48,060 nucleotides of DNA from Ruminococcus sp. (lineage in GTDB: Bacteria; Bacillota; Clostridia; Oscillospirales; Ruminococcaceae). The notes below the pieces were generated by a model. The model made no database searches, was not told where the DNA came from, and saw nothing but the letters and a program-made list of their open reading frames with translations. The translations under genes and the position numbers were made by a program. The stretch lies in the NCBI GenBank assembly GCA_014799675.1, contig JAAVHM010000014.1, positions 3,836-51,895 on the forward strand, written 5' to 3'. Shown piece by piece: positions 8,226 through 15,966 of the stretch. Numbering within the stretch: the first letter of the stretch is position 1; each line of letters begins with the position of its first letter.

Positions 8226-8696
8226 TCAATCGGACAAAAAATATTTTTTCATATAAGTATATTCGGAAACCGTCTCTTTAAATCCCAGCGTATCATATAA
8301 ATGATAGCCGTCCCTTGTGGCTTTTAAGTCCACAAAATCCAGTCCGAATTTTTCCGCGTCTGACAGAAGCTCCTGCATTACACGCTTTGCAAGACCCTTT
8401 CGCCTGTAATTCGGAAGCGTGTAAACATTATAGACCGTCCCCGTTCTTCCTGTGATAAAGCTGGGATTTGCAGGCTTTTCCGTTATCACCAAAAAGGCGC
8501 AGGAAACTATAACGCCGTCCTTAGCCGTATAAACGAAAATATCTTTATTCAAATGCTTTTCAAAATATTCGGGCAGGACGCTTATCAGCTTTTGCCTTGT
8601 GTCCTCCGATAAGCCGCCGTGGTCTTCCTCAATATATGCCATTCGCATATCGACCAACGCAGGTATTTCCTCTGCGGTTGCCTTTTCAAATATCAT
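8226..8696 (-). CDS. GNAT family N-acetyltransferase
   Basis: 156 aa with acetyl-CoA binding motif YRRKGLAKRVMQELL. Confidence 0.75.
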   Translation of the reverse strand: MIFEKATAEEIPALVDMRMAYIEEDHGGLSEDTRQKLISVLPEYFEKHLNKDIFVYTAKDGVIVSCAFLVITEKPANPSFITGRTGTVYNVYTLPNYRRKGLAKRVMQELLSDAEKFGLDFVDLKATRDGYHLYDTLGFKETVSEYTYMKKYFLSD

Positions 8697-8732
8697 ATGT
8701 ACGCCTCCGTAAGCTTAGTATAGCTTTATAAT

Positions 8733-9215
8733 TTACTGCAATTTTATTTTATCTGAATAATAATTCAGCCATTTTGAATTTTCACAGCAATAAAAAATCA
8801 TATCAAAATGATGATTGATAGCTATAAACCAATCTAAATCATCATTGAAAATATATACTTCATCTAATTCCCAATAAAAATGCGTCAAAATATCTGTCAA
8901 ATCATTCCTGCTCAATTGTAATATGACGTGCTTGTCATTATCGTCAAAGCAATAACTGTCTATTGCAATTAAATATTTATCTTCAGTAAATATTTCTTTG
9001 ATAGCATTATGGTATTCATTTTGCCTACAGCTTAATTTTTTTTGTGAAATAAATTTCGGAGATTTATAATTACTCCATAAATAATGAATTTCTTTTTTAT
9101 CGGCAATTGAACATAATTTTTCTAACAGCGAAATATTATTTTCATTTTCTAAAAATAACGGTCTGTCCAAAGACAAAGCATAATTCAAAAATTCGTCATA
9201 TGTCAATCTTCTCAC
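8733..9215 (-). CDS. hypothetical protein on an AT-rich islet next to tRNA-Leu
   Basis: 160-aa intact ORF, visibly more AT-rich than its flanks. No recognisable catalytic motif and no signal peptide. Confidence 0.5.
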   Translation of the reverse strand: MRRLTYDEFLNYALSLDRPLFLENENNISLLEKLCSIADKKEIHYLWSNYKSPKFISQKKLSCRQNEYHNAIKEIFTEDKYLIAIDSYCFDDNDKHVILQLSRNDLTDILTHFYWELDEVYIFNDDLDWFIAINHHFDMIFYCCENSKWLNYYSDKIKLQ

Positions 9216-9302
9216 TCCAATTAATATTGGTTTTTAATAAAAAATGTTAATTGTATTATTAAAACGAAAATCGTCCCGAACAAGTCAAGACGATTTCCCT
9301 GC

Positions 9303-9386
9303 TGGTGCGGGTAACAGGACTTGAACCTGCACGTCGGGGACACCAGATCCTAAGTCTGGCGCGTCTGCCAATTCCGCCATACCCGC
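9303..9386 (-). tRNA. tRNA-Leu (anticodon UAG)
   Basis: Reverse complement folds as a cloverleaf. Acceptor GCGGGTA/TACCCGC plus A plus encoded CCA; anticodon stem CCAGA/TCTGG with loop CTTAGGA; long variable arm; T-loop TTCAAGT. Confidence 0.9.
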
Positions 9387-9399
9387 ATATTATACTTGT

Positions 9400-9428
9400 A
9401 TTATATCAGAAAACACATATTTTGTCAA
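9400..9428 (-). promoter_or_regulatory. promoter of tRNA-Leu
   Basis: Minus strand has TTGACA (9423-9428), a 17-nt spacer, then TATAAT (9400-9405), about 13 nt upstream of the mature 5' end. Confidence 0.65.
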
Positions 9429-9443
9429 GCCATACGCCAAAAC

Positions 9444-9472
9444 TTGACTTTTTTCAGAATATGTGGTATAAT
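9444..9472 (+). promoter_or_regulatory. promoter of the AIM24-family gene
   Basis: TTGACT (9444-9449), a 17-nt spacer ending in TGG (extended -10), then TATAAT (9467-9472). Confidence 0.65.
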
Positions 9473-9508
9473 TATTTTATAAAAATTTATTGAAAAGGGG
9501 CAGTTACC

Positions 9509-10189
9509 ATGCAGTATGAAATCAAAGGCACGCCGTTTCCCGTTGTGATTTGCAGGCTTGAACCGAACGAGACCGTTTGCTGTCAGAGGGGCGGTATGTC
9601 ATGGATGTCGCCCAATATGCAGATGTCCACAAACGCAGGCGGAGGTATCGGCAAGATGTTCTCCCGCGCGGTTTCGGGCGAATCAATGTTCCAGAACAAA
9701 TACACCGCTGTGGGCGGCGTTGGTGAGATAGCTTTCGCTTCCTCCGTACCGGGACACATTCTTCCCGTTGAGATCTCCGCGTCTCGGACTATCGTTGCTC
9801 AGAAGTCCGCATACCTTGCTTCAAGTCCCGACGTTGACCTTAGTATTTTCTTCCAGAAAAAGCTTGGCGCAGGCTTCTTCGGCGGCGAGGGCTTTATTAT
9901 GCAGAAGCTTAGCGGAAGCGGCATTGCGTTCCTTGAAATTGACGGAAGCATTGTTGAGTACGACCTTGCTCAAAACGAGTCAATACTTGTTGACACGGGT
10001 TATCTTGCGGCTATGGACGCCACCTGCTCCATTGACATTGAGACCGTAAAGGGTATCGGCAACGCTCTGTTCGGCGGCGAGGGATTTTTCAACACAAGAG
10101 TAAGCGGTCCGGGGCACGTTTGGTTACAGACAATGCCTATTTCGTCCATTGCAGGCTCTATCAGACCTTACATACCGACAGGAAATTGA
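9509..10189 (+). CDS. TIGR00266 / AIM24 (DUF124) family protein
   Basis: 226 aa. GGIGKMFSRAVSGESMF and GGEGFIMQKLSGSG / FGGEGFFNTRVSGPG repeats are characteristic of the family. Confidence 0.75.
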   Translation: MQYEIKGTPFPVVICRLEPNETVCCQRGGMSWMSPNMQMSTNAGGGIGKMFSRAVSGESMFQNKYTAVGGVGEIAFASSVPGHILPVEISASRTIVAQKSAYLASSPDVDLSIFFQKKLGAGFFGGEGFIMQKLSGSGIAFLEIDGSIVEYDLAQNESILVDTGYLAAMDATCSIDIETVKGIGNALFGGEGFFNTRVSGPGHVWLQTMPISSIAGSIRPYIPTGN

Positions 10190-10271
10190 TTTGCATAATA
10201 ACGATCAAGTCCGAGAATTTTTTGTTTTCTGACTTTTTGTTTTTATTAAACTTTCAAATCGCCTGTGTAAT

Positions 10272-10664
10272 TCATAAAAGCATGAACTTTTTGCTCACGT
10301 CCGCCTTAAATTCTCCCTCAAAATCGGAATACTCCGCCGCAAGGGTGTAGGTGTCGTCGATTTCCAAATCCACAAAGCCCCGATACGCCTTTGCCGTACC
10401 GAAATTTTCAACAACGCCGCCTTTGGAATTATACAGCACGAAATTGACCGTGCCGCTTTTAACGTTTGTATTTAGAGAAATTCTTACCCTGTCGCCGCTG
10501 CTGCCCTTGAAAGAAACTTCTGAGCTTGCGGTTTTGGCTTCTCCGACAGGGACGCTCATGCTGATATTTCCCAAGGGCTTGTTTTTCATAAGAATGACCG
10601 TTGTCAGGACTGCTCCAAGCAGGACTGCCGATGATATTGATATTACTGCGATTTTCTTTTTCAT
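10272..10664 (-). CDS. small membrane-anchored/exported protein, unknown function
   Basis: 130 aa with an N-terminal hydrophobic anchor. Its start overlaps the stop of the upstream CPBP gene as ATGA. Confidence 0.5.
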   Translation of the reverse strand: MKKKIAVISISSAVLLGAVLTTVILMKNKPLGNISMSVPVGEAKTASSEVSFKGSSGDRVRISLNTNVKSGTVNFVLYNSKGGVVENFGTAKAYRGFVDLEIDDTYTLAAEYSDFEGEFKADVSKKFMLL

Positions 10665-11524
10665 ATTTTTTGCACCTCCAAATGCTTTTTCTCGGGAACA
10701 TATTTTATAAAAATAATTGCGGCTATAACCGTAAAACCTATTCCGCCGACAATTCCGACCGCACTCGGACCAATAAACGGGTTTGGTTTCGTCTGCATAA
10801 AAAGCACCGACGGCGAAAACTTATCCATTGCGTTGAGCGCGGCATGGAAAACAACGGGACACCACACCGACTGTGTTTTTGAAAACAAAAATGCTTCAAT
10901 AATTCCGAGAATAACACAATGTACCGTCATTGCGAAAATTCCCAATATTTGGTGTTCGCTGCCGTAGTTGAAGCCCATTGCAATTATGGGGGCGTGCCAA
11001 AGTCCCCAAATTACACCGTCGATTATTACAGCGGTTCTGTAACTGAATTTTTGGTTAAGTTTCGGTAGCAGGTAACCTCTCCATGCAAATTCTTCTCCGA
11101 GACATTGGAGAAGTCCCATGATAGGATTTATCAGTACCGCCAGCGGTATCATGACCGCAAGCTGTTTGAAATATTCCGTAACTGTTTCGCTGCCTGTTTC
11201 CAAAGCGTATTGGGACAAAAGCGGCTCCCAATTGTTTCTGAAAATCAGAAAATACACGGCTGCTCCCGCATAAGCGGCGACGGGCGTTCCCAAATAAGCC
11301 GCAAGATACCATTTCAAATTACCCTTAAAATGCGGCTTCAAGTACAGATCTGCAAAGCCCTCCTTTGTGACAAGCCTTGTAATTATCACGCTTGCCGCAG
11401 GGGTAAACATCAAAATTGTAAGGAAAATATTATTCCCGTAAACATAGTACAAGCCGCTGAAAATTGCCAACAATATTAACGCTGAAATTCCAAAACAAAT
11501 AAATCTTTTTTTCTCAATATTCAT
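10661..11524 (-). CDS. CPBP family intramembrane glutamic endopeptidase (CAAX protease/Abi-like)
   Basis: EEFAWRGYLLP, GLWHAP and HAALN motifs. I place the start at ATG 11522-11524 (MNIEKKRF), overlapping the upstream stop as ATGA. The 69-aa N-terminal extension in the ORF track overlaps the upstream gene. Confidence 0.75.
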   Translation of the reverse strand: MNIEKKRFICFGISALILLAIFSGLYYVYGNNIFLTILMFTPAASVIITRLVTKEGFADLYLKPHFKGNLKWYLAAYLGTPVAAYAGAAVYFLIFRNNWEPLLSQYALETGSETVTEYFKQLAVMIPLAVLINPIMGLLQCLGEEFAWRGYLLPKLNQKFSYRTAVIIDGVIWGLWHAPIIAMGFNYGSEHQILGIFAMTVHCVILGIIEAFLFSKTQSVWCPVVFHAALNAMDKFSPSVLFMQTKPNPFIGPSAVGIVGGIGFTVIAAIIFIKYVPEKKHLEVQKI

Positions 11525-12381
11525 GCTGCTTCCCTCCCATGTTTTTTCAGCAAAATTACTGCAATCACCGTAAAAATAAGATACGCCCCTATGGAGACAA
11601 CGGAAGCCTCCGCGCCGAACTCCCCTCCCGTGATAAGGACATTTTTTGTTTCCAGCACATAGTTGAATATGCAGCTGTCCATAGGTTCGGTATAAATATT
11701 CAGAATACCGCTTGCCATGCACATATTCCATATGGCGTGCATAAACGCTGACGACCAGATACTGCCGCTTTCGTATGTTACGAGTGAAAAAAGTATTCCC
11801 ACGATACTTCCCGCAACAAGAAGCTGGATAAAGCTGACAAGAGACAGCTTCCCGTTCAAAGCGTGAGCCGCACCGAACAGCGCGGAGGGTACAATTACCG
11901 CCACGACCTTATTCCAGCGCATTTCAAGGGCTTTCATAATGACACCGCGGAAAACGGCTTCCTCAACCGCGCCAACGGCAAGTCCCGCAACAAATACCGA
12001 GGTGGTTATGCTGTCTGCGATTTGCGCGCCGTCCATTTCGGGGTTGTCCCAATGACCTGCTGTCATTAGAAGTCCGAAAATCACGATCGCGGGCATGATA
12101 AACGCCGACACAGCCCAAATCGGCTTGATTTTGCAGCTTGTGATACGGCAGTCCGAAAGGGTCGCGCCGAGAATTTTCCCGCAGATTATTTTCAGAACGA
12201 CAAGCGCAAGCAGCGGGTACAGAATTGCTGCAAGGACGTTCCCTGCGGCTTTTGGAAGTCCGAGGACGATAATTCCGCTTCCTGCAAGCATTGCAAGAAG
12301 TTGGGTAACGACCAATGCCGCTATTGCCGATAATGCTCCCACAACCGCGCGCCATGCGGGGATTTTTTCTGTTTTGTTCAT
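11521..12381 (-). CDS. CPBP family intramembrane glutamic endopeptidase
   Basis: 286 aa, polytopic, with motifs EEAVFRGVI, FGAAHAL and HAIWN. Confidence 0.8.
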   Translation of the reverse strand: MNKTEKIPAWRAVVGALSAIAALVVTQLLAMLAGSGIIVLGLPKAAGNVLAAILYPLLALVVLKIICGKILGATLSDCRITSCKIKPIWAVSAFIMPAIVIFGLLMTAGHWDNPEMDGAQIADSITTSVFVAGLAVGAVEEAVFRGVIMKALEMRWNKVVAVIVPSALFGAAHALNGKLSLVSFIQLLVAGSIVGILFSLVTYESGSIWSSAFMHAIWNMCMASGILNIYTEPMDSCIFNYVLETKNVLITGGEFGAEASVVSIGAYLIFTVIAVILLKKHGREAA

Positions 12382-12460
12382 ATTAACACTCCTAATTTTT
12401 ATTTTATAATATTATATAATATATAGTATAGGAGTGCAAGCAATTTTAGTTTGCATTTGC

Positions 12461-12490
12461 AAAAAAATTACGCAACTATCGGTTGCGTAA
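12461..12490 (-). terminator. intrinsic terminator after the lipoprotein gene 12517-13326
   Basis: Minus strand reads TTACGCAAC CGATA GTTGCGTAA followed by TTTTTTT. Confidence 0.65.
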
Positions 12491-12516
12491 TAAAATCAAT
12501 TTAAAATTAACATTGG

Positions 12517-13326
12517 CTACTGCTCGTCGCCATAATTGCCTTTGGAAAAATCCCAAAGCTGCCATGTCCAATTTCCGTAAACATCGCTGTAGGCTACCCT
12601 GCGCAAAAATTCCGCCGCATTGTCGTCAAGTATATGTCTGCCGTCCGCTGACGCAAAAACCGCCGTTTTTCTGCCGTCCCTCAAAGGGTAAAGATAAACA
12701 ATAATGTCGAACTCGGGATCGACCGCAGGGACGGTTTCATCATACGGTCTTACGTAATAATCGCTGTCCCAGTCAATTGCGGCAAAATCTTCCATTAGCA
12801 TTTCATAGCTCATCTGCGAAAAAATATTTCCCACAGTCTTAACGTTTTCCGCCAAATCCCAAACAGAATTATCGCAGGAATAAAGCTTGCGGGTAAATGC
12901 GTTTTCGTCAAAGGTATCGCTTTCCGAAGTTCTGTAGGTCATGGTATAGACCGTGCCGTCCTCAAGAATACAGAAAAAATAACTGGCGGATTCGTCCATA
13001 AAGCCGTCGTGATATACCCAGCCCTCCGCGGTCAGCAGCAGGTTGTCAACAGTCAGTTCCATAGCATTTGCAGGGTCATAGGGCGTTGTTTCGGTAAGCG
13101 TGACAGTTGTTTTCGCAGAGGTAACAATTTTTTTCTGTGTGGTCGTAACGGTTGTTTCCTCATTTTTTTCGGTATTGACCGTACTTGCTTCCGTTGTTTC
13201 AGAAACCGTTGTAACGCTTGTTTCTGTGGTTTCTGTCTCGCCGCTTGTGTCATTTTCTCCGCAGGAGGTCATGGTTACTGCAATAAGAAGCGCTGCCAAA
13301 AGCTTGGATTTTTTCATTTTTATCAC
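12517..13326 (-). CDS. lipoprotein with T/E-rich linker, unknown function
   Basis: Lipobox VTMTSCG followed by an ETETTETSVTTVSETTE low-complexity linker. Confidence 0.6.
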   Translation of the reverse strand: MIKMKKSKLLAALLIAVTMTSCGENDTSGETETTETSVTTVSETTEASTVNTEKNEETTVTTTQKKIVTSAKTTVTLTETTPYDPANAMELTVDNLLLTAEGWVYHDGFMDESASYFFCILEDGTVYTMTYRTSESDTFDENAFTRKLYSCDNSVWDLAENVKTVGNIFSQMSYEMLMEDFAAIDWDSDYYVRPYDETVPAVDPEFDIIVYLYPLRDGRKTAVFASADGRHILDDNAAEFLRRVAYSDVYGNWTWQLWDFSKGNYGDEQ

Positions 13327-13415
13327 GTCCTTTCTTATCTTTAATACAATTTAAAAGGGCGAAATTTTTCATATTAAATGTTAATTTTTTACGAAAATTT
13401 ATGTGCAATATAATG

Positions 13416-14516
13416 TCAAATCGTATTAAAAAGTCCCCTGTTAAAATCGGCTATCTTCTTAAAATCCATATCGTCGGTAATGGAAGCCACCCCACCCGCC
13501 TGACTAAAAGTGCCAAGCAAAGGCACATTTTCAAAAGCCGTGCCGATCAGTTCCTTTGAAGCCGCCCACGAAAATTTTTCCGCAAAAATTACCTTGATGT
13601 CCCTGCCGAAATAGCTTTCTATCTTGTAATCAACAGGCTCGGTAAGTCCGCTTGCGTTGTGAAGCTCCGCCGTAAGAGCCTGCGCTTCGGCAAGCTTTTC
13701 CTCCCGCTGTGAAAGGCTTTCTGCGGACAATGCGCCGCTTATCGCCTGCTTGATTTTATCGTCAATATCAAGTTTTCCGAAAGCCGTCCCGAACCATTTG
13801 CTGTAGGGCGCATACGCTTCCTTATACAAAAAGCACAGCCGCATAAGACGTTCGCAAATTCTTGAGCATATTATTTTTGAACCGATATCGTCCCCGCACT
13901 CGCCGCAGCGTTTTACAAAGGCTTGCTCCGAGGCGATTATTTCCCAGTTTGATGCGATAAGGTACAGCTTCACATCTTTCGGGTAAAATTTTATTTTTGA
14001 AATTATTTCGGCGCAGTTCAAACCGTCAGTAAAAAATTTTCCCGACACAAGCGAAAGAAGCCTGTGTTCGGAAAAGGAAAGCCACTCATGTGGCTTGATA
14101 TTATCGAGGTCGGCTGTGCCAATTTCCTCTGTCAAAAATTCCTCAAAGGTCTTAATAAAAACAAGCGAGTTGACCCTTCCCGTACCGATAAGCTTAGGCT
14201 TTTGGACGCCGTTGTCGTTGGGGTTCGGCTCGGTGAAATTCACGCTGTACCCCTCATAAGTATAGGGAAGCCCGCTGCACAAAGCCTGAAAAATTTCGTC
14301 CTTTAGTGAAATATCTTCCTTGCTCAAAAACATATAAAAGCGGGGTCCCCACATATGGTCGGTGGAAATCGGGTCGTCGTACCCCAGCACGTCAGAGCCG
14401 TAGCCTATCAGCCCCGCGGAATATTTCAGCTTGGGAAAATTTTCCTCAATAATTTTTTTGGCGCAGGTGTTGAAAAAGCTTTCGCAAAGCTCCATTCCCT
14501 TTATAAATTTGGTCAT
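13416..14516 (-). CDS. DUF4037-type protein (degenerate nucleotidyltransferase-fold N-domain)
   Basis: 366 aa. GLIGYGSDVLGYDDPISTDHMWGPRFYMFL matches my memory of the DUF4037 family signature. The RBS AAGGAGA overlaps the stop of the TerD-domain gene, leaving a 12-nt gap. Confidence 0.6.
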   Translation of the reverse strand: MTKFIKGMELCESFFNTCAKKIIEENFPKLKYSAGLIGYGSDVLGYDDPISTDHMWGPRFYMFLSKEDISLKDEIFQALCSGLPYTYEGYSVNFTEPNPNDNGVQKPKLIGTGRVNSLVFIKTFEEFLTEEIGTADLDNIKPHEWLSFSEHRLLSLVSGKFFTDGLNCAEIISKIKFYPKDVKLYLIASNWEIIASEQAFVKRCGECGDDIGSKIICSRICERLMRLCFLYKEAYAPYSKWFGTAFGKLDIDDKIKQAISGALSAESLSQREEKLAEAQALTAELHNASGLTEPVDYKIESYFGRDIKVIFAEKFSWAASKELIGTAFENVPLLGTFSQAGGVASITDDMDFKKIADFNRGLFNTI

Positions 14517-14528
14517 TTAAAAATCTCC

Positions 14529-15851
14529 TTAATCCGCAACGATAACCCCATAGCTTTTGCAAATGTCGGACAGCTTCATTGCAACGCCCTTGCCCGAGGG
14601 GACAAGCTCCCAAACGCCGTCCACACGTTCAAAGCCGCAGGCAAGTATCGTCCTGCAATTGATATTTTTTTCAAGCTTCATTCTCATACGGACGCCGTTT
14701 TCGCAGAGGAAGCTTATTTCGCCGTCGATAAGCTTGCTGAACTGCTGCCAATGCTTGTCGCCGTAAATCGAAAACAGCAGGGTCATATGGTTCACGTCCG
14801 CGGGGATACTGCGGAAGTCGATAAACATTGCACGTTCGCCGTTTGCGCTGTCGTTCATGTAGCGGACGCTGCCGCAGGGCGACTGCATATTTCCGAAAAA
14901 TATCATGTCGTTATTTCCCCCGACCTTGCCCCTGTCATTCAGCATGAACAGGTACGCGTCAATGTCAAGCTTCATTCGCATTCCTCTGCAAAGCAGTTCT
15001 ATGCGGTACTCTCTCGGCGCAAGGGGTATCCTCCTGCCGCTGAAAATTTCCGTTTCGTCTGCCTTGGAATAGTTCAGCCTTTCGCTGCGCTTTGGGTTAC
15101 GCTCCTCCTCGGTAAGAACAACACGCTCGCTGTCGGGCGCGGGCATTGCCGACAGGCTTGCTATATCAAGCCCGTCAAGCATTTTCTGATAATTGTATGG
15201 AGCTTCCCTGTCCACCGAATAGAGCATATAATTCTGCGGGGACGGCTCGTCTGCGCCGCCCGCTTCGCCGCTTATGAAAATTTTCCTCGTTATGCCTGTC
15301 ACTGACGAGGTTATAAAAATATTTCCGTAAATAATTGAACCGCTGCGAAATTTCCCGGCGGTAACGGTTATATTGTTGTAGCCTCTTGAAAGTGTATCCT
15401 GGGAAAGCTTTACATCATAAATGCCGCAGCGTATTTCCGCCTCAACGGGAGAATATATCTCCATGGAAAAGGACTCCCTGCGTTCCGCGGGAAGCCTGCC
15501 CAGATCAAGCATTTTGGGGAAGCCCCAGTACTGCTCTTCACCCTGTATGCCAAGAACAGAACCGTTTACCTCAACCTCCGAAAAGACAGCGTTTTTGCCG
15601 CGGCAATAAACCGAGATATACTGCTGCTCGGGAATATTGTCGGAGGTAAGCTCCACCTTTAAATTGTTTACCGTAACAACCTCCGCTTCTATAACAAGCA
15701 CAGGACCCGACGAATTCCACAAAAGCGCGCCGCCGCCGTTTACCGTGCAGCTTTTGCGTATGAAAAATCTTCCCTCGAACTCTCCGCAGGGGAGGTTCAC
15801 AACGCCGCCCTTTGGATCGTCCAGAAGCTTTTGTATATCAATGCCCGACAA
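14529..15851 (-). CDS. TerD-domain fusion protein (unknown about 280-aa N-region plus C-terminal TerD-like domain)
   Basis: The C-terminal about 160 aa read LDIDAYLFMLNDRGKV...DMIFFGN...ERAMFIDFRSIP...MTLLFSIYG, a TerD/TerZ-type beta-sandwich pattern. TTG start at 15849-15851 lies 7 nt after AAGGTGG. Confidence 0.72.
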   Translation of the reverse strand: MSGIDIQKLLDDPKGGVVNLPCGEFEGRFFIRKSCTVNGGGALLWNSSGPVLVIEAEVVTVNNLKVELTSDNIPEQQYISVYCRGKNAVFSEVEVNGSVLGIQGEEQYWGFPKMLDLGRLPAERRESFSMEIYSPVEAEIRCGIYDVKLSQDTLSRGYNNITVTAGKFRSGSIIYGNIFITSSVTGITRKIFISGEAGGADEPSPQNYMLYSVDREAPYNYQKMLDGLDIASLSAMPAPDSERVVLTEEERNPKRSERLNYSKADETEIFSGRRIPLAPREYRIELLCRGMRMKLDIDAYLFMLNDRGKVGGNNDMIFFGNMQSPCGSVRYMNDSANGERAMFIDFRSIPADVNHMTLLFSIYGDKHWQQFSKLIDGEISFLCENGVRMRMKLEKNINCRTILACGFERVDGVWELVPSGKGVAMKLSDICKSYGVIVAD

Positions 15852-15870
15852 TATAACACCACCTTTTAAA

Positions 15871-15966
15871 GTTGATAGTTGACAGTGTACAGTTGATAGT
15901 TGAACTGTAAGTTTAGATTTTATACTTATCGTACCGTACTGTTAGTTTAATATTTGAACCGATAGT
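15871..15966. repeat. AYAGTKK heptad array in the gap between the ATPase-like and TerD genes
   Basis: Reads ATAGTTG ACAGTGT ACAGTTG ATAGTTG AACTGTA, then ...ACTGTTAGT...GAACCGATAGTTT. It fills nearly the whole 115-nt intergenic gap. Confidence 0.6.

Noticed and set aside
11525-11731. 69-aa N-terminal extension of the second CPBP ORF in the ORF track
   Set aside because: The extension overlaps the 3' end of the upstream CPBP gene in another frame and is Arg/Gly/Cys-rich nonsense. The ATGA-coupled ATG at 11524 gives a normal N-terminus.
14355-15305. 316-aa plus-strand ORF
   Set aside because: Antisense to the DUF4037/TerD genes. Its composition (R/A/V-rich) is typical of reverse-frame translation of a GC-rich coding strand.
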